In this document: piece by piece, positions 1 to 8,975 of the stretch
Numbering within the stretch: the first letter of the stretch is position 1
Layout of the letters: every line of letters begins with the position of its first letter
Assembly (NCBI GenBank): GCA_964426385.1
Contig: CAYRQF010000002.1
Coordinates: forward strand, 73,037 to 123,816
Origin: an uncultured Candidatus Saccharibacteria bacterium
Lineage (GTDB): Bacteria > Patescibacteriota > Minisyncoccia > Phycocordibacterales > CSBR16-119
DNA length: 50,780 nucleotides
Direction of reading: 5' to 3'
Made by a program: the position numbers and the translations under genes
The notes under the pieces: model-generated
What the model was told of the DNA's origin: nothing
Database searches by the model: none
What the model saw: only the letters and a program-made list of their open reading frames with translations

Positions 1-348
1 GAGGATTTTTGGGAGTACAATCCTGCCACAAATTCATGGACCCAGAAAGCCAATTTTGGCGGAGGGTCAAGGGTTACACCTGTCGGATTTTCAATCGGAG
101 ATAAGGGCTACGTAGGTACTGGGCGAGATTCTTATTATAATCTGGACGCACTTCAAGACTTCTGGGAATTCGACCCTGGTGCAGACTGGGATGGTGAGTG
201 GACCCCAAAAGCCAATTTTGGTGGAGGGGACAGGGTATTGGCAGTAGGATTTTCAATTGGTAACAAGGGATATCTTGGCCTGGGTGGGCCTGACAATACC
301 ATGTCTGGTGTTGGTAGTTTGTCAGACTTCTGGGAATATTGTCCGTAA
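1..348 (+). CDS. Kelch-like beta-propeller repeat protein, C-terminal fragment (5' end outside window)
   Basis: Frame 1 is open from base 1 to TAA 346-348, and is absent from the ORF track because it has no start. Hand translation gives two full ~50-aa repeats plus the start of a third: DFWEY/DFWEF..W..KANFGGG.R...VGFSIG.KGY.G.G, a Kelch/galactose-oxidase-type blade pattern. Confidence 0.6.
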   Translation, partial: EDFWEYNPATNSWTQKANFGGGSRVTPVGFSIGDKGYVGTGRDSYYNLDALQDFWEFDPGADWDGEWTPKANFGGGDRVLAVGFSIGNKGYLGLGGPDNTMSGVGSLSDFWEYCP

Positions 349-355
349 TAAAAAA

Positions 356-709
356 ATGAAAAATATTAAACTAGTAATTTTGGGAGTTTTGGTTTTGGCG
401 GGTCTTGGATATGTAGTGTTTACAAAATTACACAAAGGAGAGAAAGAGGAGGTATCGAATCTATATGAGAATTCTGATATTACTGTGAATACTTTTGAAG
501 GAGATGCTGGGTGGGGCTATGATGTCTCGATTGACGGTAAGCTCTATGTTCACCAGCCGAATATTCCGGCTGTGGGAGGCAACAAGGGCTTCAAGAGCGA
601 AGCTGACGCTCGAGCAACAGGTAACTTGGCGATAGAAAAGATCCGCGAAGGGGTAATCCCGCCGACGATATCTGTCGAGGAACTCAAGGCAATCGGAGTT
701 GTGCAGTAG
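356..709 (+). CDS. small membrane-anchored or secreted protein, unknown function
   Basis: ATG 356 (MKNIKLVILGVLVLAGLGYVVF...) lies inside track ORF 257..709. The 257 start would overlap the upstream Kelch ORF. One N-terminal hydrophobic helix is followed by a soluble domain. Confidence 0.5.
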   Translation: MKNIKLVILGVLVLAGLGYVVFTKLHKGEKEEVSNLYENSDITVNTFEGDAGWGYDVSIDGKLYVHQPNIPAVGGNKGFKSEADARATGNLAIEKIREGVIPPTISVEELKAIGVVQ

Positions 710-819
710 GTTTGTTTGTCGCAATTCTTCATCCGCGGTATCATTAGTATGCGAGTAATTTCATACTAGCGTCGAGGTAGTAGGAAAATCGTTTGATAAA
801 TTAGTTTAGGAAAATAAAT

Positions 820-1101
820 ATGTACAACGATCAAGGAGGAGGTGGAGGTTACAAAGGTGGGGGTGGAGGAGGATACGGTGGCGGACAGCAGGCTCCACGA
901 CAGATGTTTACAGGCAATTGGACATGCGGAACATGTGGCGGAGCGATCACAGAGCTACCATTCGAACCAGATCCATCTAGACTAGGAACACTCAAGTGTC
1001 GCGACTGTCATCGCAAGTCTCGCGATGAGCGAGGAGGTGGTGGTGGAGGAAACTTCCGCGGCGGTAATGGAGGAGGCGGAGGAGGATACAATAGATTTTA
1101 A
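820..1101 (+). CDS. glycine-rich zinc-ribbon protein (CxxC-x20-CxxC core flanked by poly-Gly/GGY tails)
   Basis: 93-aa ORF: G-rich N tail, then WTCGTCGG...LKCRDCH, then G-rich C tail. A strong hairpin terminator follows. Confidence 0.7.
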   Translation: MYNDQGGGGGYKGGGGGGYGGGQQAPRQMFTGNWTCGTCGGAITELPFEPDPSRLGTLKCRDCHRKSRDERGGGGGGNFRGGNGGGGGGYNRF

Positions 1102-1117
1102 TTTACTAAATTACAAA

Positions 1118-1152
1118 GCAGTCCTGATTTATTATCAGGACTGCTTTGTTTT
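1118..1152. terminator. bidirectional intrinsic terminator
   Basis: gcagtcctgat-ttatt-atcaggactgc (11-bp stem) followed by a T-run. It lies between convergent genes 820..1101 and uppP. Confidence 0.65.
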
Positions 1153-1920
1153 TTACAGGATTATAAAGAAGAAAACGAGAGCTAGAACGATACGATAGAT
1201 ACCGAATGGGATAAAGTTGTGATTGCGGATATATCGTAGGAGAAATTTGATGCTGATGATCGCTACAATGAATGCCGTTAGGAATCCGACGATTAGAATG
1301 ATTGCATTTCCGTCGCTAAAAACACTTGGGTTATGATAAATGTCTACTACCGATGCACCGAGGATGGCTGGTACCGCGAGCAGGAACGAGAACTGCACTA
1401 CAGTCGTGCGCGGAATACCGAGAAGTAACCCACCGATAATGGTCGAAGCCGATCGGGAAACTCCGGGGATGATGGCGAGGACTTGAAATAGACCGATGTA
1501 GAAAGCTTGTAAGTATGTTATCTCATAGACTTCCTCGTGTTTTGTGTCTGGGCCTTTGTAGATTAGCTCGAAGAGTACCAGCAGTAGACCACCGATAAGC
1601 ATCGCCCAGATGACCACGATCTCTGACCCCAAGAGGTTATTTTTAATAATGCTGTAGGCTCCGAGGCCGATAACTGCGGTTGGTATAGTTCCGATAATTA
1701 TCTTCTTCAGATCTTTGGCATTGAAGAATAGCTTATAGAATATGACGAATACTGCGGCGATGGCGCCGAGCTGGATCACTATCTCAAAACTTTTTAGGAA
1801 TTCTGTTTGCGGTAATCCGAGTATTTTGTCGGCAAGGATAAGATGTCCCGTCGAAGAAATCGGCAAGAATTCTGTTACACCCTCGATAATACCGAGGATA
1901 ATGCTATCGAATATTGTCAT
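1153..1920 (-). CDS. uppP: undecaprenyl-diphosphate phosphatase
   Basis: 255 aa, polytopic membrane protein. N-terminal EGVTEFLPISSTGHLIL and PGVSRSASTI motifs are typical of BacA/UppP. Confidence 0.93.
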   Translation of the reverse strand: MTIFDSIILGIIEGVTEFLPISSTGHLILADKILGLPQTEFLKSFEIVIQLGAIAAVFVIFYKLFFNAKDLKKIIIGTIPTAVIGLGAYSIIKNNLLGSEIVVIWAMLIGGLLLVLFELIYKGPDTKHEEVYEITYLQAFYIGLFQVLAIIPGVSRSASTIIGGLLLGIPRTTVVQFSFLLAVPAILGASVVDIYHNPSVFSDGNAIILIVGFLTAFIVAIISIKFLLRYIRNHNFIPFGIYRIVLALVFFFIIL

Positions 1921-2013
1921 GGGGGTATTGTATCATTTGTGGATAATTGACTGAATACTTCTTTCTAAAATGTTATGATGTGTATAGTTAATTAACAACA
2001 CTATTTTTATTAT

Positions 2014-3879
2014 ATGAAAAAGAAAACTGATACTTTGCACCCTGTCCACAAGCATGTCTTCGCGACTATTCTCGCGGTCGGACTCGCTTGCGTGTTTGGC
2101 CTAGTGATTTATCCGAAACTCGCGATACTAGCCGAATTGCCAACGAAACCTCAGGGTCTCTCAGTGAGACTAGATGCCGAAAACGCTATTGTTACTTGGT
2201 CGGCCCCAGCACGCGAGGGCGATACTCCAGTTGTTGGATACAATATATCTTACTATGAGACAGCTAGACCGGATGGTGTTATAAATGACTCTGTTGATGA
2301 TAGGACTTTTGATTATTCTATGGCATTCTCGGATCTTGAGGTGGGGGTAGAGTATACATTTGAAATCACAGCGTCGAATTCTGGTGGAGCTGGAGACCAA
2401 GATACCGTCAAATTTGATACACCTTCTGATTCCAAACCTACTGCCCCACTCAATTGTTCAGGCACACCTGGTGATAGAGAGGTTTATCTGCTTTGTTCGG
2501 AGCCCACAGATATGGCTGGTGGAACCGTAATTTCATACTTAGTGTATTACGGAACCAAGGATTATGTCAGCATAGAGGTTCCTTCGACAAAGGGGCTTAC
2601 CTATTCTGTAACATCGCTGACCAATGATGTAGCATATAATTTCTATGTAACAGCAAAGAATTCTAATGACGTTGAGGGTGAGGCCTCGGCAGTATTTGCA
2701 GTTACCCCAGTTGCAGCCGGAGGAGGTGGAGACCCTGAAGACATCACCATATCTTCTAGCCCTGTGGTCACACCCGCAGCTACATCAGCGCAAATTACGT
2801 GGACGACCAACGTGCCTGCAACATCGAAGGTGCAATTTGGTCCAATGGAAAATTTTAAGGGCGAGACAGCTGAGTATAATGCGGAAAATCGAATTAGAGA
2901 CCACTCTGTAGAAATAACGAATCTTACATCTTGCGCAGCTTACTGGTATAAGGTTGTCTCAAGTGACGAGACGAACAATGTTGTCATGAGCGATGGCGGA
3001 GCGTTTAAGACATCCGGTTGTAAAGGCGATTCAGCCATAATTACATATGATGTACAAAAAGTTACGACTTTGGCGGGTGCGACAGTAGAGGCGAAAATCT
3101 CCGGTCGTGGTATCGAGGCCGAGGCGCCAGCTAATTTGAAAGTAGGCCTCGCTGAAATGGCCATTGAAGCGTTGAAGCTGGAGAAACAAAGAGTTCAAGA
3201 AGACACATCGGTGCCTGCCGGCAAACAATGGCTTGGCGCGGCGTATTCATTGAAGGCCTTTGAAGATGAAAGTACTGAGTTCGACGAGGAGTTCGATCAG
3301 CCCGTTGAAATCACGATCGACTATACAGCCGAGGATGTAGCCGGTATCGATATGGATAGCTTGAAAATCTATCATTACACTGACGGTATCGGCTGGGAAG
3401 TGCTCTCAAATTGTGTTGTTAATCAGGGTGCTATGACTGTTACCTGTACGACAACATCGTTTTCCATTTTCGGACTTTTCGGCAGCGCAAGTTCGGGTTC
3501 AACCTCAAGCGGATCGAAGCCCGCCAATTCACCTGTCGTTACAAACGTAACCACAACTCCAGCTAGCCAGCCTGTTGCAGAAACGCCGTCAAATGTAGTA
3601 GTCACAAATGGAAATTTCTCCAAAGACCTATGGATAGAAACGATCGACCCAGATGTTAAGAGACTACAAGCATATTTAAATAGTAATGGGTTTAATGTGG
3701 CTGCATCTGGATACGGGTCTGCCGGCAATGAGACAGAGTATTTTGGTCCACTTACACGTTCAGCCCTGATTAGATTCCAAGAGGAACACAAGGCGGAGAT
3801 ACTTGCCCCTCTCGGACTTATGAACGGCACTGGATTTTTTGGTGAGAGAACTCGCTCGTTCGTCAATTTGAATCCATAA
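2014..3879 (+). CDS. cell-surface protein with fibronectin type III repeats and a C-terminal peptidoglycan-binding domain
   Basis: N-terminal TM/signal segment. FN3-like units (PQGLSV..W..P...G..V.GY.I.Y......YTFEITA.N..G). C-terminal VKRLQAYLNSNGF...GYGSAGNETEYFGPLTRSALIRFQEEH resembles PG_binding_1. Confidence 0.8.
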   Translation: MKKKTDTLHPVHKHVFATILAVGLACVFGLVIYPKLAILAELPTKPQGLSVRLDAENAIVTWSAPAREGDTPVVGYNISYYETARPDGVINDSVDDRTFDYSMAFSDLEVGVEYTFEITASNSGGAGDQDTVKFDTPSDSKPTAPLNCSGTPGDREVYLLCSEPTDMAGGTVISYLVYYGTKDYVSIEVPSTKGLTYSVTSLTNDVAYNFYVTAKNSNDVEGEASAVFAVTPVAAGGGGDPEDITISSSPVVTPAATSAQITWTTNVPATSKVQFGPMENFKGETAEYNAENRIRDHSVEITNLTSCAAYWYKVVSSDETNNVVMSDGGAFKTSGCKGDSAIITYDVQKVTTLAGATVEAKISGRGIEAEAPANLKVGLAEMAIEALKLEKQRVQEDTSVPAGKQWLGAAYSLKAFEDESTEFDEEFDQPVEITIDYTAEDVAGIDMDSLKIYHYTDGIGWEVLSNCVVNQGAMTVTCTTTSFSIFGLFGSASSGSTSSGSKPANSPVVTNVTTTPASQPVAETPSNVVVTNGNFSKDLWIETIDPDVKRLQAYLNSNGFNVAASGYGSAGNETEYFGPLTRSALIRFQEEHKAEILAPLGLMNGTGFFGERTRSFVNLNP

Positions 3880-3978
3880 CATGCTAGAGAAAGTCCTCAC
3901 ACTTTACGGTGTGGGGATTTTTGTATTACCAGGGAAGCTAATTTAGTAGTAGAATATAGGTATAAAAGCACGTTCAAC

Positions 3979-4785
3979 ATGAGAACCATAGCAGGGATTT
4001 GCGCAGTATTGGTTTGCTGCGGAGCTACGCGCTCGCAGTCAGTGGGTTCTTTCGAGACTTTCTTGCGTGACAGCGTGGGGACAGACTCACTACGATTTTT
4101 CGTAGAGGAGGCGTCATTCTTCAAGCTTACGACTCAGCGACCACTCGTACTTCAACAGCGTATGAAAAGTGGTATAACGCTTCTCGATGAGAAGCCGAAG
4201 CGCTTGCGTTTTCAGTTTCTCGGCCGACAAACGTTTACACTCTTTCCAAGGAAACAGATCTCGCGAGATCTACAGCCTCATACTTTTCTCGAGCTGACCG
4301 GCCTTGCGACTTATATGTCTATACGGTTTGGTGCGGGAATGACGTTTCGAAGTCTCGGAACATCAGTTGGTCTCGCGGGCGCAACATACCTCAGGCGTAC
4401 TAACGAGGTCGCAGATGTAACCTATCGCGCAAAGGCTTTTGAGCAGGCAGTGTCGTACGGCGCGTACATCCATTCGAACCAGGAGCAGATATTCTGGTTT
4501 GCGTCGGTGTATCGGGAAAAGCGTGGCTTTTACTATCGCGCAGAGTTCGGCTATAAGCCAGGCGCCATATTCGATGCTCCGATGCTCAATACTATGCGCG
4601 TCTTCGTCAAGTGCGAGACATTCCTCGGAACTGGAGGAGGTATTGCCTACTGCCATCCGAGCGGACGTTTTGACCTGTCAGGTGCGTACTTGGTGCCCGA
4701 GGCCGGGGAGCGGCGCAAACAGAGGCACTTCGGCAACTATCTCGGTACGGGGTTCGAGGTCTCGGCGAGGGTGAGATGGTTCTAA
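3979..4785 (+). CDS. signal-peptide protein with beta-barrel-like features (outer-membrane-protein-like), unknown function
   Basis: MRTIAGICAVLVCCGATRSQS signal-like start, many short amphipathic alternating segments, and a terminal ...GTGFEVSARVRWF ending in an aromatic residue. Visibly GC-richer than its neighbours. Confidence 0.5.
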   Translation: MRTIAGICAVLVCCGATRSQSVGSFETFLRDSVGTDSLRFFVEEASFFKLTTQRPLVLQQRMKSGITLLDEKPKRLRFQFLGRQTFTLFPRKQISRDLQPHTFLELTGLATYMSIRFGAGMTFRSLGTSVGLAGATYLRRTNEVADVTYRAKAFEQAVSYGAYIHSNQEQIFWFASVYREKRGFYYRAEFGYKPGAIFDAPMLNTMRVFVKCETFLGTGGGIAYCHPSGRFDLSGAYLVPEAGERRKQRHFGNYLGTGFEVSARVRWF

Positions 4786-4797
4786 GACGAATTTGAG

Positions 4798-4830
4798 GGG
4801 GCCCGGCTATCAGCCGGGCCCCTTTCTTTT
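4798..4830 (+). terminator. intrinsic terminator
   Basis: ggggcccggct-atc-agccgggcccc (11-bp GC stem) followed by tttctttt. Confidence 0.7.
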
Positions 4831-4870
4831 GTCTGGAAATATATAGCCTATTTTGATATACTCGTTAGTC

Positions 4871-6289
4871 ATGAATAATAAAGACTCTAAATATACGAAA
4901 ATCGTCGCAACTCTCGGTCCTGCGTCGAACAACAAAGAAACACTGAGTGCCATACTGAATGCCGGCGTCGATGTTGTGCGGATGAACTTCAGTCACGGAG
5001 ATCATTCGACTCATCAGGCGAACCTTGACCTCGTTCGCAGGACAGCAAAAAGTCTGAAGAAGACGGTTGCTCTACTACAGGACCTCGGTGGGCCAAAAAT
5101 TCGCATTGGAGATTTTGTTCACGGTAAAGCTCTGTTGAAAAAGGGCGAGACGTTTACTCTTACAACGAAAAATGTTGCTGGTGATGAAAAGCTGGCCTAT
5201 ATAAACTATGAACTTCTTCCAGCAGAAGTAAAAAAAGGAGATTCGGTAATGATATTCGACGGCAAAATCCATCTTTCTGTTCTTAAGACCACGGCAACTG
5301 ACATCGTGTGCAAAGTTCTTGTTGGCGGAGAGATTTCGAACAGGAAAGGCGTGAATGTTCCTGGGGCGAACCTGTCGATATCATCCCTTACTAAGAAGGA
5401 TAAAGAAGATGTTGTTTTCGGTATCAAAAACAAAGTTGAGTTCGTCGCACTGTCATTCGTCCGCAAGGCGTCCGATGTTTTAGAACTTAAAAGCATCTTG
5501 AAAAAAGCCGGATCAAAAGCTCTCGTCGTTGCGAAGATTGAGACGCAAGAAGCTGTTGAGAATATTGACGCTATTATCGAAGCTTCTGATGCTGTCATGG
5601 TGGCGAGAGGTGACCTCGCCGTCGAGATCGGTCCAGAGAATGTACCAATGGTTCAGAAAAGTATCATAAAGAAGGCGAATAGTCTCGGCAAGCCCGTCAT
5701 TACTGCAACGCAGATGCTAGACTCGATGGAGCATTCGGCTACACCGACCAGGGCAGAAGTTTCGGATGTGGCTAACGCGATATTCGATGGAACAGACGCT
5801 ATCATGCTTTCAGGTGAGACAGCTGCGGGCGAGTACCCTGTCGAGTCTGTCGAAGTTATGACTCGCATTGCTCTCGCCACAGAGCAGTCTCGAAACAAAC
5901 GCCAGTTTGTGAACCTCTACGGGTCGTCCGACATTGTGGACGCAGTAACCCTGTCGGTTGTGCGAGTTTCTGAGTCAATCAATGCTCGGGCTATTATCGC
6001 TCTTACGGAGTCTGGTCTCACTGCACGGATGGTGTCTCGCTTTCACGCACCGTTCCCGATAATTGCCGTATCTCCAGTAGAAATATCCTGCAACCAACTT
6101 GTCCTGTCGTATGGAGTTTTCCCAGTTAAGATGGTTTTGTCTAAAAATATAGATATGTTTACTCGTCAGATTACGGACTTTGTGTTGAAGCAGGGTATCG
6201 CGAAACGAGGTGAGAAGATTGTTCTATCTGCCGGCATGCCTTTCGGCAAAGTCGGAAGTACTAACACTCTATTTGTCCTAAATATTTAG
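4871..6289 (+). CDS. pyk: pyruvate kinase
   Basis: KIVATLGPAS, MNFSHG, GGPKIR and VARGDLAVE motifs. I prefer ATG 4871 over the TTG 4853 start in the track. Confidence 0.93.
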   Translation: MNNKDSKYTKIVATLGPASNNKETLSAILNAGVDVVRMNFSHGDHSTHQANLDLVRRTAKSLKKTVALLQDLGGPKIRIGDFVHGKALLKKGETFTLTTKNVAGDEKLAYINYELLPAEVKKGDSVMIFDGKIHLSVLKTTATDIVCKVLVGGEISNRKGVNVPGANLSISSLTKKDKEDVVFGIKNKVEFVALSFVRKASDVLELKSILKKAGSKALVVAKIETQEAVENIDAIIEASDAVMVARGDLAVEIGPENVPMVQKSIIKKANSLGKPVITATQMLDSMEHSATPTRAEVSDVANAIFDGTDAIMLSGETAAGEYPVESVEVMTRIALATEQSRNKRQFVNLYGSSDIVDAVTLSVVRVSESINARAIIALTESGLTARMVSRFHAPFPIIAVSPVEISCNQLVLSYGVFPVKMVLSKNIDMFTRQITDFVLKQGIAKRGEKIVLSAGMPFGKVGSTNTLFVLNI

Positions 6290-6302
6290 TAACATTAATC
6301 TC

Positions 6303-7256
6303 ATGTCAGAATCAGTAATATCAATTAAAAATCTTTCGAAGTCTTTCAAGAAAGTCCGAGTCCTAGAGGATATCAATCTCGAGATTAAAAAGGGCACGAT
6401 GCTTGCATTACTCGGACCCAACGGCGCTGGCAAGACAACAACCGTCCGGATACTCTCGACACTTCTCAGTCCTGATAGTGGTGAAGTGAAAGTTGCCGGT
6501 TATGATGTTGTGAAGGATGCTGATGATGTACGTTCATCGATAGGGCTCACCGGACAGTATGCCGCTGTAGACGAACTTCTCACTGGCGAGGAAAATCTGA
6601 TAATGATGGGCAGGCTTTATCATTTATCAAAAGATGATTCTAGAAGGCGTGCATCCGAGCTTCTCCAGGAATTTGACCTCGTAGAGGCCAAAGACCGAAT
6701 CGCCAAGAATTATTCTGGCGGCATGCGTCGACGTCTCGACCTAGCCCTATCGCTCATCGCTACACCTCCGATACTATTTCTCGATGAGCCGACAACCGGA
6801 CTCGACCCGAGAAGTAGACTAAAAATTTGGGAGATTATAGAGAAACTTTTGAAGCAGGGAACAACCATACTTCTCACTACTCAATATCTAGAAGAGGCCG
6901 ATAAACTTGCCGATCAGATAGCCGTTCTGGATCACGGACGGATTATTGCCCTAGGTACATCGGACGAGCTCAAGGCACGTGTCGGCAAAGAGAGATTGGA
7001 GATAATAATTCATCAGTCTAGTAACTTTGATGAAGCGGTAGGCTTGATTGAAGGTGAGGATAAAGATTTCGATAGAGAAGATCGTCGTATCAGTATCGCT
7101 ACCAATGGTAAAGTCGCTGACCTAAAAATAGTTCTGGATAAGCTAAGTGACAGTGGTATCGAAGTCGAGACTCTGTCTATGCATAAGCCCACCCTCGACG
7201 ATGTGTTTATGAAATTAACCGGACGTTCTCGTGAAGATAAAGAGACTGAAAATTAG
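6303..7256 (+). CDS. ABC transporter ATP-binding protein (DrrA/ABC-2 type)
   Basis: Walker A GPNGAGKTT, signature YSGGMRRRL, Walker B ILFLDEPTTGLD. Confidence 0.9.
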   Translation: MSESVISIKNLSKSFKKVRVLEDINLEIKKGTMLALLGPNGAGKTTTVRILSTLLSPDSGEVKVAGYDVVKDADDVRSSIGLTGQYAAVDELLTGEENLIMMGRLYHLSKDDSRRRASELLQEFDLVEAKDRIAKNYSGGMRRRLDLALSLIATPPILFLDEPTTGLDPRSRLKIWEIIEKLLKQGTTILLTTQYLEEADKLADQIAVLDHGRIIALGTSDELKARVGKERLEIIIHQSSNFDEAVGLIEGEDKDFDREDRRISIATNGKVADLKIVLDKLSDSGIEVETLSMHKPTLDDVFMKLTGRSREDKETEN

Positions 7257-7257
7257 T

Positions 7258-8067
7258 ATGGAAAATATAACAACAGTTCAAAAGAAGAAAGCTTCGAAAC
7301 TATACTGGGCTTTTTCCGACACGTTCATACTTGTCGGTCGTAGTATTAAACATATCACCAAGAACCTGGATCAGCTTCTGTCTATAGTCATCTCCCCGAT
7401 TATGTTTATGATGCTTTTTCGCTATGTTTTCGGTGGCGCGATAGATACCGGTGGAACAACATACGTGAATTATCTCGTGGCGGGCATATTGGTTCAGACT
7501 GCAGCATTCGGAGCCACTACAACTTCGCTATCCGTTGCGAACGACCTTAAAAAAGGCATCATCGAGCGCATCAAAACTCTACCCATCGTTGGTTCGGGTG
7601 TTATCACGGGTCATGTCGTTGGAGACTTGTTCCGCAACACTCTGTCGTCGATAGTTATGATAGGAGTAGCACTGCTTGTCGGTTTCAGGCCGACGGCAAA
7701 TTTCATAGAGTGGCTTATGATTCTCGGGATTCTACTTATTTTTACTTTTGCTTTTTCTTGGCTATCGGGAATCCTCGGACTCATCGCCAAATCTGTCGAG
7801 GCTGTTCAGTGGATCGGCTTCGTTCTGGTATTTCCGTTAACCTTCGCCTCGAGCGCATTCGTACCGACTGCAGGTATGCCGTCGGGGCTCCGGTACTTCG
7901 CCGAGAATCAACCCGTCACGCACGTGATCGAGGCTATACGTGCGCTCATGATTGGCACTCCGATAGGGGATCATGCAAAGCTTGCTGTTATCTGGTGCGC
8001 GGGCATCATCATCGTGTGTATTCCGCTGGCCGCATATCTATTCCGCCATCACAAAGGTATGAGATAA
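7258..8067 (+). CDS. ABC-2 type transporter permease
   Basis: ATG 7258 comes 1 nt after the ATPase stop. About 6 TM segments. It pairs with the upstream DrrA-like ATPase. Confidence 0.85.
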   Translation: MENITTVQKKKASKLYWAFSDTFILVGRSIKHITKNLDQLLSIVISPIMFMMLFRYVFGGAIDTGGTTYVNYLVAGILVQTAAFGATTTSLSVANDLKKGIIERIKTLPIVGSGVITGHVVGDLFRNTLSSIVMIGVALLVGFRPTANFIEWLMILGILLIFTFAFSWLSGILGLIAKSVEAVQWIGFVLVFPLTFASSAFVPTAGMPSGLRYFAENQPVTHVIEAIRALMIGTPIGDHAKLAVIWCAGIIIVCIPLAAYLFRHHKGMR

Positions 8068-8083
8068 AATTAGAATTCTTTAC

Positions 8084-8112
8084 AAAAACTCCCTAGACCC
8101 TAGGGAGTTTTT
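8084..8112 (+). terminator. intrinsic terminator
   Basis: aaaaactcccta-gaccc-tagggagttttt. Confidence 0.65.
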
Positions 8113-8133
8113 GTGTCGTTTCGTTATCCACAT

Positions 8134-8163
8134 TTGACTTGTGAACGGTCGTTCACATATACT
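8134..8163 (+). promoter_or_regulatory. sigma70-type promoter with embedded LexA (SOS, Cheo-type) box
   Basis: TTGACT (8134-8139), an 18-nt spacer, then TATACT (8158-8163). The spacer holds the palindrome TGTGAAC-GGTC-GTTCACA (8140-8157), i.e. GAAC-N4-GTTC. Confidence 0.6.
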
Positions 8164-8201
8164 ACTCACAGGTCGATTAATCAAATAAATTTTTTAAATA
8201 T

Positions 8202-8390
8202 ATGACACGAAACCAATATGTAAAATCTCTCGAGTCTGAGATAAGTAAGCTGAACCGTCGTATTGATCAGAAGATCATGCGCGGGGAGAACTACTTCTTC
8301 GAGTCCATCAGGCACAAGTTCCTCTTGAAGCAACTAAACAAGCATCAGGGAGAGGGACTACTTACCAAACTCTTCCCGTCCTTCTTCTAA
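8202..8390 (+). CDS. small coiled-coil protein, first gene of the putative SOS operon
   Basis: 62-aa ORF starting 39 nt downstream of the -10 of the SOS-box promoter and ending 9 nt before lexA. I recognise no family. Confidence 0.5.
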   Translation: MTRNQYVKSLESEISKLNRRIDQKIMRGENYFFESIRHKFLLKQLNKHQGEGLLTKLFPSFF

Positions 8391-8399
8391 TAATTTTAT

Positions 8400-8966
8400 A
8401 TGGATAAAAACTACAAAGACAAATTGAGTGATTTCTATCATTCTGAAAAAAGGATGCCGTCGTACTCCGAGATGATGAAGATATTCGGTTTCAAGTCTAA
8501 AAACGCAGTCTATAGGCTCGTCGAGAAGATGGTCGACGCTGGCATCGTAGCCAAAGACAAACTCGGACGCTTGCTTCCGAGCAAGCTTCTCGGAGAAGTA
8601 CCGATGCTCGGAACGGTCAAGGCCGGATTCCCATCGCCTGCAGAAGAAGACCTCTCGAACACTATGAGTCTCGACGACTATCTCATCGAGAAGAAAGAGG
8701 CGACATACATGCTCGAAGTTGACGGAGACTCTATGATCGACGCTCATATCGAGAAGGGCGATATGGTTATCGCGGAGCGCAGAGATCGGGCCAAGGACGG
8801 CGAGATCGTTATCGCCGAAGTCGATGGAGAGTTCACTATGAAATATTTCCGAACGAAGGGTGGTAGGGTCTGGCTCGAACCTGCGAACAAAAACTACCAG
8901 AATATTTACCCCGAGGGCGACCTCAAGATTTGCGCGGTGGTCAAAGGCGTTATAAGAAAGTATTAG
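8400..8966 (+). CDS. lexA: LexA-family transcriptional repressor (S24 peptidase)
   Basis: N-terminal wHTH-like region, Ala-Gly cleavage context VKAGFPSPAEE, GDSM (Ser nucleophile) and GEFTMKYF (Lys). Confidence 0.85.
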   Translation: MDKNYKDKLSDFYHSEKRMPSYSEMMKIFGFKSKNAVYRLVEKMVDAGIVAKDKLGRLLPSKLLGEVPMLGTVKAGFPSPAEEDLSNTMSLDDYLIEKKEATYMLEVDGDSMIDAHIEKGDMVIAERRDRAKDGEIVIAEVDGEFTMKYFRTKGGRVWLEPANKNYQNIYPEGDLKICAVVKGVIRKY

Positions 8967-8975
8967 CTAATCAAC

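Noticed and set aside
257-355. N-terminal extension of track ORF 257..709 (MVTRDILAWVGLT...)
   Set aside because: It overlaps the frame-1 Kelch-repeat ORF that is clearly coding up to 348. The ATG at 356 gives a sensible signal/TM start.
7710-8096. 128-aa alternative-frame ORF within the ABC-2 permease
   Set aside because: The permease frame gives regular TM helices and continues from the coupled ATPase. The alternative frame is Arg-rich nonsense.
8358-8747. 129-aa antisense ORF across lexA
   Set aside because: The sense frame encodes a complete LexA with cleavage site and Ser/Lys dyad. The antisense product has no features.
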